NCBI GenBank assembly: GCA_965240325.2
Contig: OZ251227.1
Span: 682,001 to 746,000 of the forward strand
Source: Rebecca billardiae RCC1528
Taxonomy: Eukaryota; Protista; Haptophyta
DNA length: 64,000 nt
Direction of reading: 5' to 3'
Part shown: one piece after another, positions 10,401 to 22,882 of the stretch
Position numbering within the stretch: the first letter of the stretch is position 1
How the letters are laid out: every line of letters begins with the position of its first letter
Position numbers and translations under genes: made by a program
Notes under the pieces: generated by a model
What the model saw: only the letters and a program-made list of their open reading frames with translations
The model's database searches: none
What the model was told of the DNA's origin: nothing

Positions 10401-13400
10401 GAGGACAGGCGCACGGCGCGCAGCTTGGCCACCTCCTTCAGCGAGGCGGACCAGGCGCGCTGCCCGTCGGTGAGGAAGCCCGAGCCGTCCTGCGCGTCCT
10501 TCAGCTCGTTGAAGTTGTCGATCACCACGCCGACGAACAGGTTGATGATGAAGAACCCGCCGATCAGGATCCACGCCATGAAGAAGACCGACGGCGCCAG
10601 CTTGGACGGGGGCGCGCGCCGCACGTCCGCGTCCGGCGCCTCGTCCACGCCGTTCGCGCCGATGCCGAGGAGCATCACGTCGGGCCACATCTCGAGGCCG
10701 GACATCTCGAAGAGCACCATCATCGCGCGGCCGATGTTGTCAAAGTGCCCCAGCTCGGGCGTCACCCACAGCCGCGCCGCCCGCTCGCCGTCGCGCGCGC
10801 GCGTGTACGTGCCCACGCAGCGCGCGCGCGTGCGCACCGAGCGGTCCGTGCACGCGGAGAAGCGCCCGGCGAAGAGCTGCACGCCGAGGATGCCGAAGAC
10901 GACGAGGAAGAGCGCGAAGATGAGCAGCACGTTCGCCACCTCGGGGAACGAGCGGAACAGCGAGTTCACCACCAGCTTGAGCCCCTCGTTGTGCGTGAGC
11001 ACGCGCAAGGGCCGCAGCGCGCGCAGCAGCCGCAGCGCGCGCAGCATCCCGAGCAGGCGCGGCGAGAGCACGCCGCCGGCGAGCAGCTCGGAGGCGAGCG
11101 AGAGCCACGAGGTGAGCACCAGCCCCGCGTCGAGCACGTTCCACCCGCTCTTCAGGTACGCGCCCGGCGTGCGCAGCAGCCCGTGCGCCGCCAGCTTGAG
11201 GCCCATCTCGGCGGTGAAGGTGAGGGTGAACACCCACTCGGCCAACGCGAGGCCGAGCGACGCCCACGCGGGCCGAGCCGCGCCGGGGGTGTCGACGGCG
11301 AGGGCGATGGAGGAGAGCAGGATCAGCACGAGCACCGCGGACTCGAAGTACCGGTGCTCCACCACGCGCCTCGCCGCCGCGCGCAGCGGGTGCCCCGGCG
11401 CGAGGCAGCCGAGCGCCACGTCGTCGCCGTGCAGAAACGAGGCCCAGCGGCCGCGCAGCGCGCGCGCGGCCTCGCGCTGGCGGTGGCTCGGCGCGGGGGC
11501 GCTGCTCGGGAAGGGCAGCCGCGCGGGCGGCGCGTGCGCGCGCGACGGCCTCCGGTGGCCCGAGCCGCTCGCCACCGCGTCCCGCAGGCTCTGCCGGCGC
11601 GAGCCCACGCCCTCGCGCTGCGCGGCCGGCTCAGCGGCCGCGCCGACCGCCGCGCCGCCGCCGACCGCGCCCTCGGCGCCGCCGCCGCCGCTCGCGCGCG
11701 CGCCGCCGCCGACCAGCGCCGCGCGCGCGCCGCCGAGGGAGGCGCCAAGCCGTCCCGCCACGGCGCTGCTGCTGCCCGCGCCCGGCGCGCCGCCCTTCGC
11801 GCCCGGCGCGCCGCCAGCGCCCGCGCCACCAGCGCCAGCGCCCGCGGCTGACGCGGCGGCCGCGCGCGCGCCGCCGTGCTCGCGCGCGCGCGCCGCGCAC
11901 CCCGCGCCCGCGCCGTTGCACACGGCGCGCGGCGCGGAGGGCCCCAGCCGGCTCGGCGGCGCCGCGCCGCCGCTCGGCGCGCCGGCCGCCCGGCCGCCCG
12001 GCCCCCCAAACATCGCCGCGAGCCGCATGCCGCCGCCGCCGCCGCCGCCGCCCGTCGCCGCGAGCGAGTCGTGCGCCGAGCGCGCGGCCGCCGGCGGGCG
12101 CGCCGCCGCCGCCGCCGCCGCGGCGGTCTCGGCGCTGCCCGCCTCGGAGGAGCGGCCGCGCGAGTCGTGCCGCGGCATGGCGGCGCCCCAGTACGAGTGC
12201 CCTCTGTCGTCGTCCGCCCCGCGCTTGCCCCGCGCGCTCCCCTCCTCCGCCCCGTCCGTCGCGATCAGCTCGGCGACGTCCGCGTACGCGCGCGCCGCGC
12301 GCAGCCCGCCCCTCCGCTCCCACACGGGCGGCGGCTGCTGCTGCGCGCCCTCCAGCCGGCTGCTCGAGGCGTGGTGCAGCGCGGCGCCGGCGCCGCTGTG
12401 CGCGCGCGCGCCGCTCGCGCTACTGCCGCCCAGCGCGCCCAGCTCGCGCAGCTCGGACAGCCTCGAGAAGCGCGTGAGCGCGTTGAGCTTGAGCGCGCGC
12501 TCCTCGGCCTTCTTCGCGTCCTTGGCCTGGTCGATGTTGGACAGCAGCACCGCGATGAAGAGGTTGAGCACGAAGAACTTGCCGATGACGAAGACGACGA
12601 CCATGAACGAGACGACCTGCCACTGCTCGGCGCGCGGCAGCGAGCCCGCGCCCGAGTACATGATCTCGTTCCAGTTCTCCCCCGAGAGCACCACGAAGAT
12701 CGTGAGGAACGCCCAGCCGAACGAGTCGAAGTTGAACTGCATGCCGTCGCTCGGCGCGAACCGGCCGCGGAAGAGCTCCTGGCCGAGCAGCGCGGCGATG
12801 AACATGATCAGCACGAGGATGAGCGTGAGGTACGCCACCTGGTTGATCGAGAGCGTCACCATCCGCATCACGCGCCCCAGCCCGGGGAAGAAGGTCGCGA
12901 GCCGCACGAGCCGCAGCAGCCGGAACGCGCGCAGCGCCGTCACGTTCACGTCGCCCGACACGAGCTGCGAGATGGCCAGGCCCTGCTCGAGCCACGCGAG
13001 CCCGACGAGCACGGCGTCGAAGACGTTCCAGCGCGAGCGGAACGCCGACGCGCCGTACGCGATCACCTTGAGCCCCAGCTCGAACGTGAACGCGACGGTG
13101 AAGCCGAAGTTGGTCCACTCGAGCACGAGCGCGCGCGCGCGCGGCGTGTCGTGCGCGTGCAGCATCATCACGCCCGTGTTCAGCACGATGAAGAAGGTGA
13201 CGGTGCGCTCGAAGAGCGGGTGCTCGACGACGTGGCGCAGGTCGTACGGCCCCGCCGGCGGCTCGCTCCGCCCCCCGTCCGCCCCCTCGTGCGCGTGCGC
13301 GTGCGCGTGCGCGAGCGCGTGCGCGTGCGGCGCCGCGCCCCTCGCCTTCTCCCTGCGCCGGTCGAGGTCGGCCTCGCTCTGGAACGACTCGAAGATGACG

Positions 13401-14673
13401 GCGAGGAAGAGGTTGATGACGAAGATGCCGCCGATGGTCGTGAGGCTGAGGAAGTACACCACCGACACCCAGTAGTCCGCCCCCTTGCCCAGCGTGTACA
13501 TCACCTCCGTCCACCCCTCGAGCGTGACCGCGACGAAGATGGTGAGCATCGCGCGCGCCGTGTCGTCGAACGACGTCCAGCCGTAGTTTGGGTTCTGCTC
13601 GAAGAAGGCGCACGCCTGCGAGGGCGGGCACGCGCCGTCGGGCGCCTCCGGGTTGCAGATGCGCTGGTCCACCGCCGCGCCGCCCAGCTCGCGCCCCGCG
13701 AGCCCGCCGCCCGCGGCCAGCGCGTCCGCGTCCACGCAGCGGTGGTGCAGGCTTCCCTTGAAGAGCTGCACGCCGATGATCGCAAACACCACAAACATGA
13801 AGACCATCACGGCGAAGACGTCGAAGAGCTGCGGGATGGACTGCAGCATCGAGAGCACGAGCACGCGCATCCCCGGCACGCGCGTCACCGTGCGCAGCGG
13901 GCGCAGCACGCGGAACGTGCGCAGCACGGCGTAGTTGCCGCCCTGCGACGGCAGCGCGGTCGACAGCCAGCTGCGCGGCGCGGCGGGCGGGCGGCCGGGC
14001 AGGCGGGCGGGCGGGCGGGCGGGGACGGCGGCGGCGGGAGAGCGCACGCGCGCGCGACGTCAGCCAGCGGCGCAACGCGTGCCACGCGCACGGGGGTGCA
14101 GCGGGAGGGCCGCCTGCGCGCATCGGCTGCGCATCGCGCGCACGAGGTGGCGACCACGACCACGTCCAGCCAGTGCCACCGGTCTCGCAGGTAGGCCGAG
14201 CGGCCGGAGAAGAGGCCGAGCGCGAGCACCTTGATGACGAGCTCGACCGTGAACGCGATCGTGAACGCCAGCTCCACCTGCTGCATCCACCGCGCATCCT
14301 GCGCGCGCGGCGGCGGCGCGCGCGACAAGCGTGGGGCGCTCACCGTGAGAGGGCGCGGCGCGCACGCGCCGCTTGGTGCGCGCAGTTGGCCACGCACCGC
14401 CCCGGGGCCGTTGATGGCGATGAGGATGCAATTGGCCACGATCAGCACCAGCACCGACCTATCGAACCACGGCCATTCCACCAGCCAGATGGCGGCCTGC
14501 CGCACGGGGTGGTGGAGCGGCAGGAGGCCGAGCACGGCGCGCGAGTACTCTGGGCCATCGTCCTCGGGGGTCGACGACGCCCTTCCCGGGCTGGCGAGCC
14601 GGCGGACGCCGCTATGCTCGGGTGAAGACACAGCGGACGCCTGCACGGCCACTTCTCCGCGCGGTGCGACCAT
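7484..14673 (-). CDS. Four-domain voltage-gated Ca2+ channel alpha subunit (EEEE filter), 5 exons
   Basis: Four S4 segments (e.g. LRTFRVLRPLRTV, LRAFRLLRLVRL). Pore loops TLEGW/SGENW/GLEMW/TGESW. EF-hand-like FQEVWSDFDRKG...LDPPLG and IQ motif AAQLIQRRWR. Introns 14299-14397, 13971-14143, 9932-10022 and 9347-9459 restore one frame. Confidence 0.95.
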
Positions 14674-14984
14674 CAAGTCGCGCTTTGGTTGCGGCTTGTG
14701 CTAGCAGCAAGGGCCGTGCGACACCATGGCGGCCTTTGCCGCGCGCGCGCAGAAAGGGATCTTGATCAGCGCCCGCGCTTTCTGGTATTTCACGGCGTGG
14801 CGGTCGATGGGTGAGCGTTGGCTACTCACAAGTGACCGTCTTCGATTCATTCGTGGGTGTGGGGTCCCAGATTTGTAGCAGCGAGCTACATTTGTACCCG
14901 CCCTTGATCACCATCACGGACGCACGCGTGCACGTCTTGACTGGCTGGAGAGCTGGTTGCCAGTGAGGCACGTGCCGAGGCGGG

Positions 14985-15419
14985 ATGATGGCGGCGGCGT
15001 CTGCACGCGCTCTTTTGCTGCTCATGCTGGCGTGTGGCTGCTCCTCGGCGAGCCTCGCGCCCGGTCTGAGCGAGGCCAGCCGTCATTTTGCGCTCGCGAG
15101 CACGCGCGGCGCTCCCCCGCGAGGACGCTTGGATGCCCCGGCGCAGCGCACGAGCCTCCCTCCACAAGAGAGATTGCGCAGCGTCGCATCGCTGCGGGGC
15201 GGCTTCGTGGGGCACTGGGTGCGGGCGGCGACACGCGTGACGGCGGGCGTCGTCGGGACGGGCGGGAGCACCATCTGGCGCCTCATCAAGCTCCAGGCTC
15301 TTGTCGTCCTGCTCGCGACGGTGTGGCCGATCCCGCTGGTGATCTTCTTCTACTGGCTCATGTACACATGGTTTGGGTGTGAGGGCACGAGCATGATCGC
15401 CTTCACGGGGCTGCGGTGA
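14985..15419 (+). CDS. Small signal-peptide + LRGG motif + C-terminal transmembrane protein
   Basis: [22 protein letters not shown] leader, SLRGGF motif, hydrophobic [22 protein letters not shown]; GC3-biased codons. Confidence 0.65.
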   Translation: MMAAASARALLLLMLACGCSSASLAPGLSEASRHFALASTRGAPPRGRLDAPAQRTSLPPQERLRSVASLRGGFVGHWVRAATRVTAGVVGTGGSTIWRLIKLQALVVLLATVWPIPLVIFFYWLMYTWFGCEGTSMIAFTGLR

Positions 15420-15883
15420 CGCCGGTGCCGCCGGCCCGCTCCCGACGAGAAGGTGCTGCCAGGTGCACTGTGCAGCCCCGCACGTGCCCCGCGCCCGCAT
15501 CCGGGGCCACGCCGTCGGGCTCGTGCGCGACGTGCACTGCGGTGCCGTGCGTCAACGCACCGCCACCGGCACCGTCCAGAGCTTTTGAGTGGAGCTTTTG
15601 AGTCATCGATGCGCCGAGGGTGCGCATGTGTCGCACCTGTATGGACGACAATTGCACCTTACTCCGGAGCGCAGGTCTCCAGGACGGCGCCGACGACCAG
15701 CTCGATATAACTATCGTCCGATCAAATTCATGCGCATGAAATTCGGCCGCCAACTGACCGGCAGCGGCGGCCGGCGGACGCGTCATCAACGACGACATCG
15801 TCATAATCATGATCATTATCAGGGAATCCAGCACAGAACTTTGACGGATCATGATGTCACAGACGCCGGAGTGATCGTCGCAG

Positions 15884-16057
<174 letters not shown>

Positions 16058-16625
16058 TGTATGGCCCGCGGTGCAGGGCGGAGCCGGCGGGCGCCGGGAG
16101 CGCGCGGGCCGAATGTCAATGACGGTGTTGCCATGGACGACCATGCCACGGTGCACTGGCCAGGAGTCAGTCAGGACAGAAGTCGGGACGTGGCCTGTAC
16201 TCGTGAGACTTCGGGCCGCGTGGGCCGCGTCCCACGGCCACGCGGGCACTGCGCGACGGTAGTCACTATGACGTACCTAGTTATCTGTCCTAGCGGCTAG
16301 CTTACCGGGTCGGGCGCCCTTAGGCCTAACCCTTACTCGGCGGACCACGATTCGTCAGCCGCGACGACGAGTTGTCCGGCCAGTAGTCCCGCCTCACGGT
16401 TTCTTATAGCATTGTGACTATGCGCGTGTAACTATAGCAAACCATATCAGCCAATCGCTAGCTGAGCCTGAGTCTCACTCTCAGTTTCCACCGGGCCAGA
16501 TCCGCAGATCCGACTGTGTACTCAGTGTAGCAAGCCCCAGCGTTTCTTCACGTGACATCAGCAAAAAAATTATTATTGCCCGCAATCGTCACGATCGTGC
16601 CTGTACTAGTAAAGCAGCAGGTAAG

Positions 16626-17786
16626 CTAGGCTTCATCCCGGGGTCCCGCCTGCCGCCATTCGTTGCAGTGCTGCTTGTGCGCCTTCCACGCGCGCCGCAG
16701 GTGGTCGTGCGAGCAGAACACCGCCACGTGACATCGATCACACTTCTTCAGCCTCAGGCCGCGACGTTTCGCCTTGGCGCACACGAGGCAGCACTTGGAC
16801 ACCACCTCGCGCTCCCCTGCAAATCGGACGAGCACTGCACAGGGGTCGAGAGTGCCGTCGAGCTCGTGCGCGCGGAGCAGCAGCCGCGTGCCCTCGACCA
16901 CATCGCGCTCCACGCCCTCCCCCGCCAGCATCAGCAGTCCAAGCTTAGACTGAGCGAATGATGAATCGCCATCAGCGGCCAGCCGGTACCAACGCGCCGC
17001 CTCGATCCTATCCTGCTGCACGCCCTCACCCGTCTGGTAGCGCGCGCCCAGAATGCACTGCGCTTTTGCGTACCCCTGGTCGGCCGCCAGCCGGAACCAG
17101 CGGGCCGCCTCTGCCGTGTCCTGCGGCACGCCCTCGCCCTTCTGGCAGCGCGCGCCCAGAATGCACTGCGCTTCTGCGCAGCCCTGCTCAGCTGCCAGCC
17201 GGAACCAGCGCACCGCCTCTACCGTGTCCTGCTTCACGCCCTCGCCCTTCTGGCAGCACACGCCCAGGTCGCACTGCGCTTCTGCGCAGCCCTGCTCGGC
17301 CGCCAGCCGGAACCAGCGCACCGCCTCTGCCCAGTCCTGCGGCACGCCATCGCCATTACTGTAGCACAGGCCCAGGTTGTACTGCGTTTTTGCGCTGCCA
17401 TCAGTGCCCTGCTCGGCCGCCAGCCGGTACCAGCGCACCGCCGCTGCCCAGTCCAGCGGCACGCCCTCGCCGTACGCGCAGCACATGCCCAGATGGTGTT
17501 GCGCCGTTGCGTGGCCTTGCTCAGCCGCCAGCTGATACCAGTGCACGGCCTTGATGGCATCTTTGACCATTCCATGCAGGCCCTTAGCATGGCATGCGCC
17601 AAGCATGAACTGAGCATCTGCCAGCCCGCGCTCGGCGGCGATGTGCCACATGCAGGCTGCCTCGCCCGAATTCTGAGCGACGCCATCTCCGCGTGCGAGG
17701 CGATCAGCCAGTACATGCGCGGCACGCGCGTCACCTCGCGCCGACCTGCGCTGAAGCAGCTTCACCGCAGCGCTGGTTTCGTCCAT
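16626..17786 (-). CDS. Sel1-like repeat protein with C-terminal MYND zinc finger
   Basis: 36-aa repeats AQxxLGxxYxxGEGVxQDxxEAxRWxRLAAEQG; CLVC...KKCDRCHVAVFCSHDHLRRAWKAHKQHC. Confidence 0.92.
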   Translation of the reverse strand: MDETSAAVKLLQRRSARGDARAAHVLADRLARGDGVAQNSGEAACMWHIAAERGLADAQFMLGACHAKGLHGMVKDAIKAVHWYQLAAEQGHATAQHHLGMCCAYGEGVPLDWAAAVRWYRLAAEQGTDGSAKTQYNLGLCYSNGDGVPQDWAEAVRWFRLAAEQGCAEAQCDLGVCCQKGEGVKQDTVEAVRWFRLAAEQGCAEAQCILGARCQKGEGVPQDTAEAARWFRLAADQGYAKAQCILGARYQTGEGVQQDRIEAARWYRLAADGDSSFAQSKLGLLMLAGEGVERDVVEGTRLLLRAHELDGTLDPCAVLVRFAGEREVVSKCCLVCAKAKRRGLRLKKCDRCHVAVFCSHDHLRRAWKAHKQHCNEWRQAGPRDEA

Positions 17787-18574
17787 CTGTGCGTGCGGCT
17801 CCTTGTTCCCCGTCGAGGCGCGCGCTTGCGCTGCCGCCGCCGCCCACGGGTTGCGGCGCGAAGACCGTTGGTTGGACCAAGGGGGTTCAGCCCTTACGAA
17901 ACAGAGACTGAGTCGGCACGCTGCTCACTATCAGCCAAGGGAGTTATCAGCCAAGGGAGTGACTCCCTTGTATCAGCGGTGGCAGGGGCGTTGCGCCAGC
18001 TGGACAAACGCCTTCCGGTCTTTTCAGTTCTGCGCTTTTCAAAACGAAATGTTCTGCGCTCTGTCCAACGGCAAAGCGCGGCGGATGGCGGCTTCGCCGC
18101 CGCATGGGCGGGCGATGGCCGTTGCCCGCATAAAACGTGCGTCGGAGGCACGGAAGCGGGCAGATGGCGCGTCGCACGCGTCGTGGAACTCGGTCGCGAC
18201 GCTCGCCAGCCTCAGCGCGCGCGGCGAAGCCACGTCCATGGGCGCCCAGCGTGCAGGCGGCACGGTCACGCCGCTCGGCCGCAGCGACCGGCCTCGCACG
18301 CGTCCTTGCCGCGCGAAAGGGCATCCCAGCTGCGGTCATTCGACTTGTGCGTCAGGAGCAGTGTGCCAGCTAGCCGACGCGCACGCACCGCGAGCTGCAC
18401 GGCGTGCGCAACCGTAGCCCGCCGAGCGTGCGCCGATGCGGCACAGCGGGAGAGGGCCCCGATCCGAAGGCGACTCTCGTCAGAGGCCCTCCGTAGCTTC
18501 GTGATCTACGAAAGCTAGCGGCCCTCGCGTTTGTCCAGCTGGCGCAACGCACTGGGGACGTCGGGCGGCGGAGG

Positions 18575-19786
18575 ATGGCGCGGTGGAGGCCCCCATCAGC
18601 CGCATTCGCGGACGCGGAGGCCGCACAAAAAGCGCTGCGATCCCTCGGGCTGCAGCGCGCCCGACTGGCTCAGAGCGATGGGAGGACCAATACCTCTGCC
18701 GCGCACGAGTGCGCGGCGCTCAGGGCCGGTCTGTGCGCATGGGTACGACGCGCGCGCGATCGCCAGCCATCGTGGGGCAGCGATGCCGCGGCCTTTGACG
18801 CGGCACTTGGCGCGCTCGAGGCGCTTCCGTCCGACGCGAGGGCCTGGGAGCGCGCGGCTTTTCACGAACCGAGCCGCCTCGCGAGCGCCCTCCGCGCCTC
18901 CTCAGCGGCATGCACGCCGCTCATCGCCTCGGTGAGCCACGTGCAGCCGGCAGCGCGCACCAGACCGGCCTCCCCCGGTCCGGCCGCGTACGCACACAGG
19001 GGCGGCGGCGTGCGCACTGCACCGCCCAAGCCAGCGGCAACCTTTGGGCGACGTGCGCGCGTGCGCGATCTCGACTCTGCACGGCGCGAGCTGCGTACGC
19101 TCGAGCACGCGGCGGCACGTGGTGCGCGCGCGCAGGCTGCAGCCGACACGCCGCGGGCGCGCGCGGCGGCGGCTGAATGCGCGCGCTCGCTCGAGGCCGT
19201 GGACGCGTGGCTCCGCGCGCTGCGCGTGCCTGGCGCGCTGGACGGCGGTGCGAGTGTGCGTGCTGAAGCGCTGCAGGTGCTCGGGCAGCTGCCCAGCTCC
19301 GAGGCGGGCTGGTGGCAGCGCTGGCGCGAGCGCGGGGCGCGGCACTCGCAGCACGCTGTGGCTGTGGCGAACGCGCGGCCCGCCAGTGCGCCTCCGCCAG
19401 CGCCTGCGTCGAGCGGTGTCGACGATGGTGCTGAGGATGGCCGCCGAGGACGCAGCGTGCGCGGCGTGATTGAGCGACTGCTCGCCGCGCTGCTCCCCCT
19501 CCAATGGGCCGTGGAGAGCGGTGCCGGCCCAGGCTCTGCTGGCTATGGCTACCCCACGGCGATTCGGTGGGTGGATGAGGCGGAGCGGCTGGTCGAGCTG
19601 CTCGGAGACCGGGCGCCGCGGCTGTCGCCCAAGCTCACAGTGATGCAGCCCGTCAAAGGGATGGCTGCCCTGGCAGCGCAACCGGCGCCAGCGCCATCGG
19701 CGCGCGTGGTGCCGCCAGTGCGCGTGATGCTGGTGCTTCAGGTCGTGCAAAGGGGGGGCGTGGTTTGCCGGCTATGGACAGAGTGA
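18575..19786 (+). CDS. Hypothetical protein
   Basis: 403-aa ATG-initiated ORF with protein-like composition; no family recognised. Confidence 0.5.
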   Translation: MARWRPPSAAFADAEAAQKALRSLGLQRARLAQSDGRTNTSAAHECAALRAGLCAWVRRARDRQPSWGSDAAAFDAALGALEALPSDARAWERAAFHEPSRLASALRASSAACTPLIASVSHVQPAARTRPASPGPAAYAHRGGGVRTAPPKPAATFGRRARVRDLDSARRELRTLEHAAARGARAQAAADTPRARAAAAECARSLEAVDAWLRALRVPGALDGGASVRAEALQVLGQLPSSEAGWWQRWRERGARHSQHAVAVANARPASAPPPAPASSGVDDGAEDGRRGRSVRGVIERLLAALLPLQWAVESGAGPGSAGYGYPTAIRWVDEAERLVELLGDRAPRLSPKLTVMQPVKGMAALAAQPAPAPSARVVPPVRVMLVLQVVQRGGVVCRLWTE

Positions 19787-20223
19787 GGTGGCGGCGGCCC
19801 ATCATCATCCCCGCCAGTGCGCCTCTGCACTCATCGCGCATCAGTGACGGTCCATCATCACGCATATTGCTCCCACTGGCCACTATAGTGTCTGAGCAGC
19901 GGCCACGCAGCATACTCACTTAGTGACTCATACTGCGCGCTGTCTCGACGTGAGGCTGACGCGTCCGGCCGTTTTAATATATATCACTAACTATTATAAT
20001 ATAATTACTATACTTACAAATCATAATAAATTTAGCCCAGCTCGGCTTGAAACATTACCCGGTACTCGGTAGCAATCAGAATACTTCCGAGTGCAATGAT
20101 GACTGATCGCGTAGCGCAGCATAGCACTGATGCTGAGACTGAGACGATAAGGACGAGCCCATGCCATTGCTGAAATGCTGCTGCGAATGCTTCATTATAT
20201 AATCACTGGGTGCTGCTCAGCAC

Positions 20224-21217
20224 TCAGAGCTCCTCCTTAGGGGCTGCGCCGTCCCCGCCCGCATCGGCATCGTCTGCCTCGCCCTCGCCCTCATCGGCCA
20301 TGTCGTCGCCGAACGCGCCGAACTCGTCGCCGAACTGCGCCTTCAGGCTGTCCATCCCCTTCGCCAGGTCTTCTCGCCTGTACATGGTGCCGCCCATCCC
20401 CGAGGCCTTGAGGTTGGCCATCCTGCGGACACCGTCGCCGCCGGCGCGCGCACGCGCCGCGTGAGGTTGCGCGGCCCTCGCGTGGGGCCGCGGCTGCGCG
20501 CGCGCGCGGGCGGGTGCGGTTGCGTCGCGACGAGGGCGCGCACATGTCGTTCATCTGCTTCTCGTCGTCACTCATCGCGCGGAACGCGTAGTCCTTGCGC
20601 CCGGGCGGCAGCGGCGGCGCCTTCTTCTTGCACACGCCCGCAGCTCGGTTGCACACCAGCCGCTGCACCTTCTCCAGCTCGGTACCATCGCGCACGGCCT
20701 CGTACAAGATCTCGGTGAAGTCCGTGTCCGCGGCGTCGACGAACTCCTCGCACGCGCGCTCGATCGTGCGGCACTCGCGCTCGCAGTGGCCGTACCCCGC
20801 GTGCTCGCGCACCTCCAGCCGGTCGCCCGACGCCACGAGGTCAAGGTGCCGGATCCACGCGCCCGGCCCCTCCGGCTTGTCCGAGTCGCACATCGCCTCG
20901 ACGAAGTCCTGCACGGCTTCCTCGCCGTCAAACTCGACGGCCTCGTTTTTCCGCTTCTTCTGGTACTTGAAGCGCTTCTCCAGAATGCTCCGCGCCTTCT
21001 CGTACGCGACGGCCACGCCCATGCGGCACACCTCGCACCGGATGTATTTGAGGTCCGACTTGATGACCTCCGCCTTGGGCGTCTGGTCCTTGCGCCCCAT
21101 CGGCGTGCCCTTCACCCCCATCTCCTCCAGCATCTCCTCCTCCTCAGCAGACATCGACTGCGCCGCGCATGCGGCGATGCCGGCAGCGATCAGCAGCGCG
21201 AGCGTGACGGCGCGCAT
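20224..21217 (-). CDS. ER-lumenal saposin-like (Canopy/CNPY-like) protein, 2 exons
   Basis: Signal peptide MRAVTLALLIAAG; DLKYIRCEVC, CERECRTIERAC and VCNRAAGVC cysteine pattern; intron 20423-20543; acidic tail ending KEEL. Confidence 0.8.
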
Positions 21218-21828
21218 CGTGTGCGCCAACGCCACGTCAGCGTCCGCTACGACCGAGGCCGCGAACCGGACTCCAAAGCCACCAGACCAGTGCTTCCACG
21301 ACCGGTTTGCTCTGGGTTGACTTCCAACGAGCGACCGGCCCGCCGCCGGCCGATCCCGTGCTGGTGAGCCTGACGACTCGGGCTCGGCCGCGGTGGGCGG
21401 CCAGTCGCACTCTCTCCTATCTCTGCGGCTAGCTGACCAAGCAGAGTCGTCAGAGGCAAAGCTCGGCGCGGGACACCGTGATTTGCAAGGCCGTGACGGG
21501 CTTAGACACCGTCGCGCGCGGAAGTCATCATACTAAGCAGTGAACGCGACTGCGGCCGTGCCCGCCGTTCACGCCCGCCCGGACAGCCCGGCGTGGGCGG
21601 CTGCGGCGTCGGGCGGCAGCCAGTGCGCATTGTGGCGCCTGAACGTCGGGCACGTGCGAGAGCCATACGGCGGTGCTGACCGCACGCCGGCACCGTGCTC
21701 TCGCTCTCCCTTCCCCCCCCCAGCACCCCATGTGCGTAAGATGATGCCATCGACAACGGCTTGCGCCCAACAAACGCCAACAAACCCTTGGATCGAGGAC
21801 GAGGTTCTCCGTGGGGGTCATCGGGGGC

Positions 21829-22104
21829 TTACGCCGTGTTCTGCGACTCCCGGCGGCGCACCATCTCCTTCACACCCGATGTGCCCGTGCCGGCGTGGCC
21901 CTCCGACTTGGTCAGGCGTCGCGCCACCGCGCCCTGCTCCTTTTCGCCGGTGCCGCCGATGCCGCTGGCGAGGTCCGAGTTACGCCTCTGGAGCTGGTTC
22001 TGCTTGGGCGCGTTGAAGGCCTTCGCCCCCGAGCCCGAGAAGACGAGCGAGACGCCGATCACGGCGCCGCCGAGCGCAACGAGGGGGATGATGGCCTGCG
22101 ACAT
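21829..22104 (-). CDS. Small single-pass membrane protein (91 aa)
   Basis: MSQAIIPLVALGGAVIGVSLVF N-terminal TM followed by a hydrophilic tail; GC3-rich codons. Confidence 0.55.
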   Translation of the reverse strand: MSQAIIPLVALGGAVIGVSLVFSGSGAKAFNAPKQNQLQRRNSDLASGIGGTGEKEQGAVARRLTKSEGHAGTGTSGVKEMVRRRESQNTA

Positions 22105-22678
22105 CTGTGCGAGGAGCGGACGACGGCGGGTCGAAAGGGGGGCGAAAGGACTGGCTTGAGCGCGCTCGAGGGAGCGCGCGCGCGAGCGTGGGCGTCGGCC
22201 GATTTCGTTCCGCGAGCAAAACGAGAGTGCTCGCGTTCGGTTGATGAGTCATCCGGCAGCCTGATGAGTAGCACCGGCGAGAAAAAACGTCGCCTCGCTC
22301 CATACAGGATCTCGTCAACGGGTGTTCTGACCGAGCTGCAGCCTCTATGACAAGGTCCGGACATGTTTATGGTGAGCCCCGGACAAAACGTGCTATCAGG
22401 TTATCCGCATACCCTCATAACTATATGGGGGTCTTGGGAGTCTTTTACAAGTTGCTTTAGAACGCCAATAATATCTCACAACGCCATGAAATCTGAGCTC
22501 TTGAACGTTGCTATGGGGCATTATTCGGCGGTTATCTACTCAAGTTCTTCAGACTCGTGATCCGACTGAGAACCAGACGAAGCGTTGGATCTGATCCAAC
22601 GCTTCGCTGGACCAGATCCGCAACGCTTCCTCTCGCGAGGCAAGGGTGCGCAGGCCTGCGCGCAGCCGAAACTGAACT

Positions 22679-22724
22679 ATCTCGCCTGCCTGAGCTGTGT
22701 GCGTCTCTTATTCTTAGTAAACTG
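22679..22724 (+). repeat. Dispersed repeat family A, terminal segment (copy 2)
   Basis: Identical to the core of the 4028-4073 copy. Confidence 0.85.
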
Positions 22725-22882
22725 TACCAGCAGTACGGCCCTTCACTGGCCAGGCGTGCCGCGCAAGCCGGACGCGAAACAGCATAATTGCTTGGCTTTT
22801 GCGTGACGATTGCTCTTGCCGTCTTGCGTCCACGCGATCGTCTTCTCGCGATCGATCCACATCGTCCCCGAGGAAGGCCGCG

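Noticed and set aside
16316-16333. cctaaccct telomere-like motif
   Set aside because: Only about 1.5 units; not an array.
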